Made by a program: the position numbers and the translations under genes. Positions 28,860 through 38,078 of a stretch of 64,000 nt of DNA are shown one piece after another; positions within the stretch are counted from its first letter, which is position 1, and each line of letters starts with the position of its first letter. The DNA comes from an uncultured Chloroflexia bacterium (GTDB lineage: Bacteria > Chloroflexota > Chloroflexia > Thermomicrobiales > CFX8): contig CAVPYN010000017.1 in the NCBI GenBank assembly GCA_963709995.1, positions 197,509-261,508 on the forward strand. Reading direction: 5' to 3'. The notes below the pieces were generated by a model. It was not told where the DNA came from. It worked only from the letters and a program-made list of their open reading frames with translations, and ran no database searches.

Positions 28860-29552
28860 GTGATTCACGCCGTCGACCAGACCATTGCGACAATCCAGGA
28901 CGGACCGGTCAGGGGTCGTGGAGCCAGCCTTCTCGTCGTCGATGAGGGCCGGTTTCTCGTTGCCGCTCGACCTCCAATTCCCGCGCCATCGTGCACGTTG
29001 ATTAACCTCACCGGTGTCGGTGGATGGGTTGAGGCAGGCGAGAGCTTTTCTGAAGCCGCGCTGCGGGAAACGGTTGAAGAAACCGGAGCGCCTGTCACTC
29101 TGATCAATCTCAAAGATACCTTGATCGTTCATGGCCCGGACACGATCGAAGACGTTTGCATTGTCGGCGAGATCGGTCCCGCCGCGATCGTGTATTGCCG
29201 GCTCGGGACCCCGCCATTCGATCCGTGGTCAGACGATTACGATGCGGTCGTACCGGTCACGGTGTATGCTGGCGCGCTCGTCGGCCGTCCGGTTGTCGCC
29301 GCTCCCGAGGAACATCCGTTCTTTCTCTGGTTGCATCCAGAGCAGCTCATCGCGCTAGCTGACGGCGAACTGCCACTCGAGTTCCTGCTGTCTGACGGCG
29401 CGAAGATCGAGGGACACTTCGATCCCGGGGATGAACGCGTTATCGTGCGCCTTGGAGACAGTATCCCAGCGTTGCTCAGCGCCCTCGGGCCAGCGGCCTA
29501 TGCCTTCCTGGGGCGAATAGCCCGCCTTTCTCAGCCAACCCGGGTCGAATGA
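28860..29552 (+). CDS. NUDIX hydrolase family protein
   Basis: Nudix box GGWVEAGESFSEAALRETVEETGAPV. GTG start. The stop overlaps the start of the next gene (ATGA). Confidence 0.75.
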   Translation: MIHAVDQTIATIQDGPVRGRGASLLVVDEGRFLVAARPPIPAPSCTLINLTGVGGWVEAGESFSEAALRETVEETGAPVTLINLKDTLIVHGPDTIEDVCIVGEIGPAAIVYCRLGTPPFDPWSDDYDAVVPVTVYAGALVGRPVVAAPEEHPFFLWLHPEQLIALADGELPLEFLLSDGAKIEGHFDPGDERVIVRLGDSIPALLSALGPAAYAFLGRIARLSQPTRVE

Positions 29553-30034
29553 CGATCTACGCGTTCGAAGCTCAGGAATCGTGGCTCCCGACTGCAATCG
29601 GAATGGCCTGCGCCTCGGTCGAATTCGATCAGGAAGCGAACATTCTCACGCTGCTGCTCTACGAGGCCCGATTTGGCATCGAAACCGAATATGGAGAGCC
29701 CGAGCGAGCGATTTCGATGTCGGGCATCTGGCGCATCGAACAGGAAGATACAATCATTGCCGCCTCCGGAGATCTCAACGACCCCGATCGGGAATTACAT
29801 CTCGATCGACTCGTCGGGCGCGAGCTCGTGCGAGCGGACGTCAGTCATCCCGGTTACGATCTGAGTCTGCATTTCACTGGTCCATTCATCGTGCGGTGCT
29901 TCCCCTGCGACGCGATGCAGTTCAACGAAGATCCGACCGACGACGAGATCTTCGTTAGCTGGTGGGTCGATGGCATCGACGTTCCCGACGATTGGGAAGA
30001 ACCAAATGCAGCATTCTTCTCAACTGAGGTTTGA
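29549..30034 (+). CDS. hypothetical protein, paralog 1 of a tandem pair
   Basis: 161 aa. It shares the block WRIE...L..LVG..L....V..PGYDLSLHF.....VRCFP with the next gene. Acidic C-terminus. Confidence 0.6.
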   Translation: MTIYAFEAQESWLPTAIGMACASVEFDQEANILTLLLYEARFGIETEYGEPERAISMSGIWRIEQEDTIIAASGDLNDPDRELHLDRLVGRELVRADVSHPGYDLSLHFTGPFIVRCFPCDAMQFNEDPTDDEIFVSWWVDGIDVPDDWEEPNAAFFSTEV

Positions 30035-30537
30035 CGATGCGGTTTCGAGAAGCACTTGAGATACAGGCTGCCCTGGCGCCGAAGATTACGAGTTCCATCT
30101 GCACTCAGGTGTCGATCGGCATGGCCGAGTCGCTGATCGTCGATCTAGGCGATCTCGCGCCTGTGGCAGGCGGGCAATTCGCCGGCGAGTACGTCCTCGC
30201 GATCGAGTGCCCCTGGCGCATCGATGCGCCGGAGATTCCTGTGGTTGGCTGGGATGACAATGAAGAGGACGTTGCCGATCTCGCGACCGTTCTGATTGGC
30301 GCCTCCGTCAACGAACTTGATGTGCGAAGACCGGGCTTTGATTTGACCATTCAGTTCTCGAATGAACACCGGCTGCGCGTTTTTCCAGATTGTCGTGCCT
30401 ACTATGTTGACGAAATGTCTGGCGGCGCTTTGCCCTGGAGGATCGGCGGGCGGGGCATCGCTGAACCACCGGCGCAGGTGATCCTGGACGATGCCGATGA
30501 CGTGTCCGGAGAAGATCTGGGCGAAGAGTCCTTGTAG
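30031..30537 (+). CDS. hypothetical protein, paralog 2 of a tandem pair
   Basis: 168 aa with WRID...L..LIG..V....V..PGFDLTIQF.....LRVFP and an acidic C-terminus. Its start overlaps the previous stop. Confidence 0.6.
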   Translation: MTMRFREALEIQAALAPKITSSICTQVSIGMAESLIVDLGDLAPVAGGQFAGEYVLAIECPWRIDAPEIPVVGWDDNEEDVADLATVLIGASVNELDVRRPGFDLTIQFSNEHRLRVFPDCRAYYVDEMSGGALPWRIGGRGIAEPPAQVILDDADDVSGEDLGEESL

Positions 30538-30560
30538 AGATCAACCCATGCGACTGCGAA

Positions 30561-31787
30561 TCAGTCCTTGCCGCTTGCGAGCGACTCCGCTCCGCCATCG
30601 TCAGGCTTGTCCTGGTCGCGAGCAAACCAGTTTGCAACCAGCACATCCGTGGAAGAGTGGAGGAATATCGAGATGACGATCGCTACAGCAATGATGTGAA
30701 AGATGAAGTCCCGCTCCGATACCGGAAAATCCGGATCGCCGGGAAGGGTGCTCAAGATCAGCAGTCCAAAAGCAACCGACGCAAAGCCCTTCGGACCAAA
30801 CCACATCGCGGCCACTTTCTCTTTCCGGGTGAGCCCGCTACGAATCAGGACCAGAAGCAGGGCGACCGGCCTGGCCACGAGCAGCAGCAATAACGCGAAG
30901 GCGACACCAGCCCAGCCGATATCGGTGAGATAACTCGCCGTTATCAGCGCGCCGAACAACAACAGCGCAGCGAGCTTGAGCAGTTCAGCGATCAACTCTC
31001 CGAATTGGTGGAAGGCGTCCCTGAATCGAGGCGCCACGGTCGAGACGGTGATCCCGGCGGTGAACGCCGCCAGAAAAGGATTCCCGTGCGACAGAACCGC
31101 AACTGAATAGACCAGCAATCCAATCGCGAATGTGTTGAGCGGCTCATATACCAGCTCAGCAGAGAAGAATCTAGACCGCTCAAGGCGCAAAGCTACCACC
31201 GGAATCCCGATTCCGATCGCGATACCAAGCAGCACCTCGATGGTCAACTCACTGACGGACAAATGCTCTCCGCTGATAATTTCCAGCAGGATGAGCACAA
31301 CCGGCAGGGCAAGTCCGTCATTCATGCCGCTCTCGACACTCAGCATCCGGCGCAATCGAAGTGGCACCTCCTTCCGGCCAACGATTGCTGACGCAAAGAC
31401 AGGGTCGGTCGGGCTGAGGACAGCGGCGATCAGAAGGGCCTGCGCCCAGCTCAGATCGAACAGGGCATAGGCGAAGAGCCCCAACATCAGAAAGGTGAGC
31501 GGCATCCCGAATAACAGGGCGCGCCCGGGCAAGCGCCAGGAGGTGCGCAAATCTCTGAAACCGATCAGCATACCGTCCGTGAATAGCACCGCAAACAGGG
31601 CTAACTGGACAAATTGACTGAGAACCGGATCATCGGGCGTCTCAAGAATGAGTCCCAGAACGTCACTTCCGAAGAGGTATCCGGCGACGAGGAAGAGTAC
31701 TGCCGTCGAAAGAATCGTCCGGTGAGCAATACCGGACACAAGGACAGCAATGAGAAGGACGACAGCAAAGAGGAATACTTCGGTCAC
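30561..31787 (-). CDS. cation:proton antiporter (Na+/H+ exchanger family)
   Basis: 408 aa with about 11 TM segments and the SPTDPV and ESGMNDGLALP motifs typical of the CPA1/NhaP type. Confidence 0.85.
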   Translation of the reverse strand: MTEVFLFAVVLLIAVLVSGIAHRTILSTAVLFLVAGYLFGSDVLGLILETPDDPVLSQFVQLALFAVLFTDGMLIGFRDLRTSWRLPGRALLFGMPLTFLMLGLFAYALFDLSWAQALLIAAVLSPTDPVFASAIVGRKEVPLRLRRMLSVESGMNDGLALPVVLILLEIISGEHLSVSELTIEVLLGIAIGIGIPVVALRLERSRFFSAELVYEPLNTFAIGLLVYSVAVLSHGNPFLAAFTAGITVSTVAPRFRDAFHQFGELIAELLKLAALLLFGALITASYLTDIGWAGVAFALLLLLVARPVALLLVLIRSGLTRKEKVAAMWFGPKGFASVAFGLLILSTLPGDPDFPVSERDFIFHIIAVAIVISIFLHSSTDVLVANWFARDQDKPDDGGAESLASGKD

Positions 31788-31910
31788 GTCTCACCCCGTC
31801 CTTCCACACTGTGTCTACCAGGTAACGCAGCGTCCACCGGCAGAATAGCAATCACCGGGAGCAAGACGGAATGTGGGCGCGAGTCATTTCAGGTGCGAAG
31901 GATTCTCAAC

Positions 31911-33236
31911 TTAGCGAGACATTGCCATGAAAGCTTCCCGAGCGATAGAGACCGTAGCGTCCAGATCGTCATCGGAGTGAGCTGTGGAGACAAAGCCACA
32001 TTCGAATTGCGATGGAGCGAAGTACACACCTTGCGAAAGCATTGCGTGGAAGTAGTCTGCATAGCGCCGGGTGTCAGCTTCCTTCGCCGAGGCGTAGTCG
32101 GTCGCCGGCTGCTCGCTGAAGAACATGGTCATCATCGATCCGACTCGTTGTAACTGCACCGGAATGCCCGCCTTTTCCGACGCGCCAGCGAGGCCCGCCT
32201 CGAGACGCCCGGCTTGCTCCTCCAACCCCTCATAGACCCCTGGTCCGTCAAGCAGCTTGAGACTGGCGATCCCGGCCGCCACCGCGAGCGGGTTTCCCGA
32301 TAGCGTCCCCGCCTGGTAGACGTTGCCGACCGGAGAAAGCTGATCCATGAGATCGGCCGCGCCACCATATGCCGCCAGCGGCAAGCCGCCCCCGATGATC
32401 TTCCCGAGAATCGTCAGGTCGGGCGACACGCCGTACAGGTCCTGGGCACCCCCACGGGCAACACGGCAACCGGTTATCACTTCGTCAAAGACGAGCAGGG
32501 CCCCGTGAGCGGATGTCAGGCGTCTCAAGGCCCGCAGGAATCCGTCCGCGGGCGGGATAACGCCCATGTTGCCAGCTACCGGCTCGACCAGGACACCGGC
32601 GATGCGGTCCCCACTTTCCGCGAACAACCGCTCCAGTAGTGGAACATCGTTGAACGGAATCGAAATCGTGAGCCGCGCCAATGCCTCGGGCACTCCCGGG
32701 CTGTCCGGCTGGCCAAAGGTCATCACGCCGGAGCCCGCCGCAACGAGCATGCTGTCGGCATGGCCGTGATAGCAACCGTCGAACTTCACCAATAGATCGC
32801 GGCCAGTCGCGGCGCGGGCTAGTCGCGCGGCGCTCATCGCGGCTTCAGTGCCCGATGAGACGAAACGTACCTTCTCGACCGAAGGAAAACGTTCGATCAC
32901 CAGTTCGGCTAGCTCGTTTTCGCCTTCCGTGGGCGCCCCGTATGAAGTGCCTCGCGCCGCCGCCTGCTGGACCGCTTCGACGACGGCAGGGTGAGCGTGG
33001 CCGGAAATCAGCGGCCCCCACGAGCAGACGTAGTCGATGTAACTGTTGCCGTCGACGTCAATGACTTTGGAACCAGAAGCTCGCTCGATGAACCGCGGCG
33101 TCCCGCCGACCGCGCCGAACGCGCGAACCGGGCTATCAACACCGCCGGGCAGCAGTTGGCGCGCGCGCTCAAAGAGTTTCGCGGATACGGCTGTGGAAGG
33201 GGTGGCGGTGCGTGACAACAGGTGTTCCTCGATCAC
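31911..33236 (-). CDS. hemL: glutamate-1-semialdehyde 2,1-aminomutase
   Basis: GGVDSPVRAF, FDEVITG and LGKIIGGGLP (PLP lysine context). Adjacent to hemA. Confidence 0.9.
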   Translation of the reverse strand: MIEEHLLSRTATPSTAVSAKLFERARQLLPGGVDSPVRAFGAVGGTPRFIERASGSKVIDVDGNSYIDYVCSWGPLISGHAHPAVVEAVQQAAARGTSYGAPTEGENELAELVIERFPSVEKVRFVSSGTEAAMSAARLARAATGRDLLVKFDGCYHGHADSMLVAAGSGVMTFGQPDSPGVPEALARLTISIPFNDVPLLERLFAESGDRIAGVLVEPVAGNMGVIPPADGFLRALRRLTSAHGALLVFDEVITGCRVARGGAQDLYGVSPDLTILGKIIGGGLPLAAYGGAADLMDQLSPVGNVYQAGTLSGNPLAVAAGIASLKLLDGPGVYEGLEEQAGRLEAGLAGASEKAGIPVQLQRVGSMMTMFFSEQPATDYASAKEADTRRYADYFHAMLSQGVYFAPSQFECGFVSTAHSDDDLDATVSIAREAFMAMSR

Positions 33237-33246
33237 TAGTACAAAC

Positions 33247-34545
33247 TCAGGCAGCCGGGCTCGTCCTCGACTGTGGCGTGGATTCAGTTACTGGCGCAGG
33301 GCTTGGTTCGTCAAGGCCAAAGAGTCGCCGGATCGCATCGGCATTGGACGCGCCGATCTGGTGATCCCATATTTGGCTGACTGGCTGGTGCAGGAGCGCG
33401 TTGACCAACTGGCTTGAAAAGATCTCGATCTGCTCCCGCTCGCGATCAGAGAGATCACAAAGCTTTCGCAGCACTCGCAAAACCTGATCGGCGCGCACCT
33501 GTTCGGCGTGGTCGTAGAGGTCGCGTATGGTCTTGCCAGCGCTGTGGCCAGACATCCAGCTCATGAACGCGGTCGTCCGGGCATCCACATCGTGTTCGAT
33601 ATCGACGGCGATGCTCTTGCGGCGCTCCAGGTTCGTCTGAATCAGCGCCTGGAGATCATCCAGATCGCAAACGGTCACTCCCGGAATCTCGGCAACTCGC
33701 GGGTCGATATCACGCGGGATGGCAATGTCGATCATCAGCGTGTTTCCTGCCGGCAGCGCCTCCCGCTGGGCCAACACGACTTCCGGCGTAATCAACGCTT
33801 CCGGCGCGCCGGTACATGCGATCACGATGTCGGCCTGATTCACGACCATTGGCAATACTCGCAACTCCACCGCCTCGCCGTAAAGATCGGCGGCGAGGTG
33901 TTGCGCTCGCTCGAAGGTGCGATTGGCCACAATCAGTCGACCGACGCCACGGGACTTGAGACTATGGGCAACGATCGCTCCCGTCTCCCCGGCGCCGATG
34001 ACAAGCGCCGTCCGCCCCTCAAGATCCCCCAGCTTCTCCCGGGCCAGATCAACGGCGGCTTGAGAGACTGAGAGCGCGCCCTGAGAGATTCCCGTAAGCG
34101 CGCGAGCAGTCTTCCCGGCATTCAGCGCGGTCTGAAATAGTCCATTTATGACTGGACCGGCAGCATTTGCCTCCTGGGCGAGTTGCAGCGCTTCGCGCAC
34201 CTGGCCGAGGATTTGCGGTTCTCCCACGACCATCGAGTTCAAGCCACAAGATACGCGCAGGAGGTGCCGCACCGCGTCGCGGCCTTCGAGCCGATAGAGA
34301 GCATGATCCAGCACACCCTCGTCTAGCTGGGAATGCCGGTAGATAAAGTCGCGCAGCTTCCGCTCGGCATCGCTCGACGCGGCGTAGAACTCAGTCCGGT
34401 TGCACGTCGAGATGACGGCCAACTCGCCCGTCGATGGCGCGAGGAAACGAAGCGTGTCGACGATGCGTTCCGCGGGAATCGCGAGACATTCGCGAACGGC
34501 AACCGCCGCGGTATCGTGATTCGCGCCCAGGAGAAAAACCGTCAC
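33247..34545 (-). CDS. hemA: glutamyl-tRNA reductase
   Basis: VISTCNRTEFY active-site motif and the GAGETG NADPH-binding motif. Confidence 0.9.
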   Translation of the reverse strand: MTVFLLGANHDTAAVAVRECLAIPAERIVDTLRFLAPSTGELAVISTCNRTEFYAASSDAERKLRDFIYRHSQLDEGVLDHALYRLEGRDAVRHLLRVSCGLNSMVVGEPQILGQVREALQLAQEANAAGPVINGLFQTALNAGKTARALTGISQGALSVSQAAVDLAREKLGDLEGRTALVIGAGETGAIVAHSLKSRGVGRLIVANRTFERAQHLAADLYGEAVELRVLPMVVNQADIVIACTGAPEALITPEVVLAQREALPAGNTLMIDIAIPRDIDPRVAEIPGVTVCDLDDLQALIQTNLERRKSIAVDIEHDVDARTTAFMSWMSGHSAGKTIRDLYDHAEQVRADQVLRVLRKLCDLSDREREQIEIFSSQLVNALLHQPVSQIWDHQIGASNADAIRRLFGLDEPSPAPVTESTPQSRTSPAA

Positions 34546-34749
34546 GCCGGCTCGCCGTCCTCACCATCCCTTGCGTGGCAAATCCACGCAAACCCCCATG
34601 AGCGCTCAGTGTACTTGCCACGCTTGATGCCGTCAAAACGACAGCGGGCCCCACAACAGTGCCTCCCGCCACATTCAATCCCGTGAGAGCACAACCGCAG
34701 CGCTGGGTCCGTCGAGCAATCCTCGCGTCCGGCTGGTCTTCCTGTCAGG

Positions 34750-35034
34750 CTATGCCTCTATGTGGACGCCATTCCAGAAGGCCACGTAGCCGGCGATCTC
34801 GCTCGCGGCAGCCATCGGTTTAGCGTAATACCAGGCAGCGGATGGATTGCGATCCCCGTTTACCACGATGTCGTAATAGTTCGCTGCGCCCTTCCAGGAA
34901 CAGATCGTTGTTTGGGCTGATTCCTGGAAGTAATCGGTTTTGACCGAGTCCGGCGGGAAGTAGTGATTGCCTTCGATGATGATCGTTTCGTGGCTCTCAG
35001 CCAGGATGGTTCCGTTCCAGATCGCTTTCGCCAT
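34750..35034 (-). CDS. DUF427 domain protein
   Basis: MAKAIWNGTILAESHETIIIEGNHYFPPDSV...CSWKGAANYYD...AWYY matches DUF427. I rejected the longer N-terminal extension to 35226 because it overlaps the upstream gene. Confidence 0.7.
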   Translation of the reverse strand: MAKAIWNGTILAESHETIIIEGNHYFPPDSVKTDYFQESAQTTICSWKGAANYYDIVVNGDRNPSAAWYYAKPMAAASEIAGYVAFWNGVHIEA

Positions 35035-35098
35035 AGATTCCTTCAATTCGTGAGCAGTCGATCGGCGCCTAACGCTGAAAACATGATCGCCACCACGG

Positions 35099-36358
35099 CT
35101 ATTCCCTGAAGATGTTCTCATTACCGTCGAGCCAGGCGCGAATGTTCGGTTCCGCGGCAAGGATCGCAAGCGCGCTCTGGGAATCGGCGATCTCCCCGCG
35201 CCGCGCCATGTCGACTGCCAGGTCAAGAGGCACGGTCAGTGACGCTAGCAGTTCAGTTGTTTCCAGTTCAGCGTCGCCACAAGAAATCCCGAGCGCAACA
35301 TAGACATGGCCCTGATGGGTTGTGTGAGCCGATGCCGGGAAGAAGCTAGCTACCCGGGTCAGGCGCTCCGCGACACAACCAGTTTCCTCCCGCAGTTCAC
35401 GACGGGCGATCTCCTCAGGATCGCCATCGCCCCCACCCGCTGGAACCTCAAGAATGATCTCGCCAATCGGATGGCGATACTGCCGAACGAGGACGACCCG
35501 GCCTTCGGTCGTGACCGGGACGATCCAGACTGCCTGCCCGGTCTCCAGATACGCATAGTCAATGAGGTCGCCGCGATGCGTCGCGAGCCGATCTTCAACC
35601 AGAGTTCGCCAGGGCGTAGCGTAGACTACTGTTCGCGCTTCAACATGCCAGGGCGACTGTGTCCGCAGATCACGCCCTGACAGCTTGAAGTCTCGCAGGG
35701 CTGCACGACTGGCTGCCGCACCGAGCGCCACGTTAGTCGAGAGATCGAGCGCTAGACGCTCCAAATCCTCGATTCCATCAATGTCGTACCACTCGGGCAG
35801 AATCGTTACCTGCAATCCGCAGGACGACGCGCGGCCCGTCACCTGAGCACAGACTCGATTGCTTCCCCAGTCAATTCCAGCAAAGAGATCGGGATAATCG
35901 CCGTTTGTCGCCAGCATATAGAACCCGCCATCGGACGAAGGGCCAATTGCGATGCCGTCTGCGGCCGTCTCCACCGCTTCAAACGCTTGCATGATGATGG
36001 CTTCGGGCACCCCGGGAGAATCCGCTCCGAGCAGGGCCGCCACGGGCGAGTCCTGAAGCATGCGCCTCAACGCTGCTGGCAGGATCGCGTCGTAGCCCTG
36101 GCCTTGATCGGGCAACAGGCGCACGCCCGGCAGGCAAAGTCTCTCGATCGTCCCGAAGGGATCATTCCGAGGATGAAACACCGTAACGGCTGTCTCCGGA
36201 ATCGCGCTCGCGGCCACCAGCACGTCACGCAGAAACGCCGCGTAGAGCGTCGCGGCGGCTTCGCTGCCGATAGCTCCCGCGAGACGTGACTTGACGTTGC
36301 CAGGCACGGGCGCTCTGGTAACGACGCCAATCGCCCGGCAAGGGCTACCAGACGGCAT
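35099..36358 (-). CDS. fusion protein: DUF2064/TIGR04282-like glycosyltransferase-fold domain plus a C-terminal NUDIX (ADP-ribose pyrophosphatase-like) domain
   Basis: N-terminus AIGVVTRAPVPGNVKSRL...FLRDVL. C-terminal Nudix box EVPAGGGDGDPEEIARRELREETG. Confidence 0.75.
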   Translation of the reverse strand: MPSGSPCRAIGVVTRAPVPGNVKSRLAGAIGSEAAATLYAAFLRDVLVAASAIPETAVTVFHPRNDPFGTIERLCLPGVRLLPDQGQGYDAILPAALRRMLQDSPVAALLGADSPGVPEAIIMQAFEAVETAADGIAIGPSSDGGFYMLATNGDYPDLFAGIDWGSNRVCAQVTGRASSCGLQVTILPEWYDIDGIEDLERLALDLSTNVALGAAASRAALRDFKLSGRDLRTQSPWHVEARTVVYATPWRTLVEDRLATHRGDLIDYAYLETGQAVWIVPVTTEGRVVLVRQYRHPIGEIILEVPAGGGDGDPEEIARRELREETGCVAERLTRVASFFPASAHTTHQGHVYVALGISCGDAELETTELLASLTVPLDLAVDMARRGEIADSQSALAILAAEPNIRAWLDGNENIFRE

Positions 36359-37430
36359 CGAAGATGCGCAGGTAGTTAGCGCCGAGGACTTTGACTATCG
36401 TCTCCTCGTCATAGCCACGCCGGAGCATTGTCTCGGTGAGCACGGGAAGCTGGCCAATATGGTGGAGATCACGCGGGGCGCGATCGAACCCATAGAAGTC
36501 CGATCCGATTCCAGCGTGGTCAGGGCCGGTCTGGGCTATTATCGCGTCGATCTCATCAACAAGCGTCATCGCGTCCGGCTGTCCCCAGAAGACAACGCCG
36601 ATCAGTCCCCCGTTGGCGGCTATCGCCTGCGCCTTCGTCATGCCGTACGTCGGGAAGACATGGTCGAACGCCACGCGGTACGCGGGATCCACCTGCAGCA
36701 GGCTTGTGTGCGAGAGAAGGAGTGGACCGGGAACGCGCTCAATGATATCCCAGAATGACTCGTCCGAAATATGGGCGAGGTCGATGACGATCCGATTCTT
36801 GCTCAGCCGCTCCACCGCTTGGATGCCGGAATTGGTCAGTCCGCCGGTCGTGCGCCCGAGCTGCGTGCCGTCCGCCAGCAGATTGCGCCTGCTGTGAGTC
36901 AGCGTCGCCATCTTCAACCCGAGTTCGGCAAAGATGTCGATCAGCTCCAAGCTGTGCTGAAAGGGCTCAGCACCCTCCATCGTCAGAATATAGGCCACTT
37001 TTCCCTCGGCTTTGGCCCGGTGGATATCCGCCGTCGACCTGGCCAGCAGGCAGCGCTCGGGATGTTCCGCGATCGCGCGATTGAGCGCGGCAATCATTTC
37101 GAGACTGATTGTGAGGGCAGTATCGAGCCGGTCATCGGGGATGTAGATGGCAACACATTGCGCCGTCACCCCGCCCTGTTCCAGCAATGGCAATTCGTAC
37201 TGGCCAGCCGGCGCTGTCAATTGGGCGAGAGCGTCGAGCTGGTAACTGTAGTTGGCGCTATGGGCGACGCGTTGCTTGCGTGCGATGGTCTCCCACCGTT
37301 CCCGCTCGGCGCCCGGCCAGGGATCGACGAGCGAGGTAATCCCATCGACAACCGGAAGCAGGATGTCGCTGTGACCATCAATCACGATTGCCTGGCGGTG
37401 AATCTCCCGAGCGTGCTCCGAAATCTCCAA
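36345..37430 (-). CDS. membrane dipeptidase (peptidase M19)
   Basis: VIDGHSDIL, DLAHISD and IGSDFYG, the typical renal-dipeptidase family metal-site contexts. Confidence 0.85.
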   Translation of the reverse strand: MEISEHAREIHRQAIVIDGHSDILLPVVDGITSLVDPWPGAERERWETIARKQRVAHSANYSYQLDALAQLTAPAGQYELPLLEQGGVTAQCVAIYIPDDRLDTALTISLEMIAALNRAIAEHPERCLLARSTADIHRAKAEGKVAYILTMEGAEPFQHSLELIDIFAELGLKMATLTHSRRNLLADGTQLGRTTGGLTNSGIQAVERLSKNRIVIDLAHISDESFWDIIERVPGPLLLSHTSLLQVDPAYRVAFDHVFPTYGMTKAQAIAANGGLIGVVFWGQPDAMTLVDEIDAIIAQTGPDHAGIGSDFYGFDRAPRDLHHIGQLPVLTETMLRRGYDEETIVKVLGANYLRIFDAVW

Positions 37431-37545
37431 TTGGCCAGCCCTCTCAGATCATGTGACCGGAGTCGTAGCCTGAAAGTGTAAGAAGTTCTCCGCTCACCGG
37501 TCATAGCCACAAGAGAGGTCGCATAGCGAGTCATAGGAGGATACG

Positions 37546-37650
37546 ATGACACTCTCAATAGGACCGGCCGCACGATTGATGCTTCTGGCGATCATCGTTC
37601 ACTACTGCTCGTGGACGTGCTTACCCCGGCGGGGGCGAGCGCGAATATAA
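37546..37650 (+). CDS. candidate 34-aa hydrophobic small ORF
   Basis: AGGAGG at 37535-37540, a 5-nt spacer, ATG. Translation: MTLSIGPAARLMLLAIIVHYCSWTCLPRRGRARI*. No homology recognised. Confidence 0.3.
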   Translation: MTLSIGPAARLMLLAIIVHYCSWTCLPRRGRARI

Positions 37651-38029
37651 CCGGCGGGGTCGAACGATGCGTCGATCGTTGGCGCATCCGAGATGCCCGA
37701 TCCTACAGATTATAGCCGCAACTCCGACTGCTCGCAACTTGTATCCGTCAAGGGCGATCACCACCAGAGGCCGTCGTGGGAAGATCAGGCGAAAGAGTTT
37801 CGAGCGAGCAGCCGGGAAGCACATCAAGGCCGAGAATCCAGGTTCGGCCGCGACCGCCTATCGGCAGGCAGCCTGCCATTGGAAATGCGCAGGGGAACTC
37901 GACAAGCCGCCGAAGCTGCCCTTGACAAAGCTGAGGAGCAGCACGAATGAGTCGGGCCAGCCAAGGCCAAGTAGGCCGGGAACTGAGCCCCCGTTCATCC
38001 AGTCCGTGTTCAGCGTGATGCTAGCGGGA

Positions 38030-38058
38030 GAGAAGGGCGCCGATACGGCGCCCTTCTC
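38030..38058 (-). terminator. 12-bp perfect stem-loop just downstream of the lipoprotein gene stop
   Basis: GAGAAGGGCGCC-GATAC-GGCGCCCTTCTC, about 20 nt after the minus-strand stop at 38079-38081. The U-tract is weak. Confidence 0.45.
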
Positions 38059-38078
38059 GTTGAGCGAGAGGGTGAAGG

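Noticed and set aside
35035-35226. 64-codon N-terminal extension of the DUF427 ORF
   Set aside because: It overlaps the 3-prime end of the upstream DUF2064-NUDIX gene and is Arg/Ser-rich. DUF427 proteins are about 90-100 aa, which matches a start at 35034.
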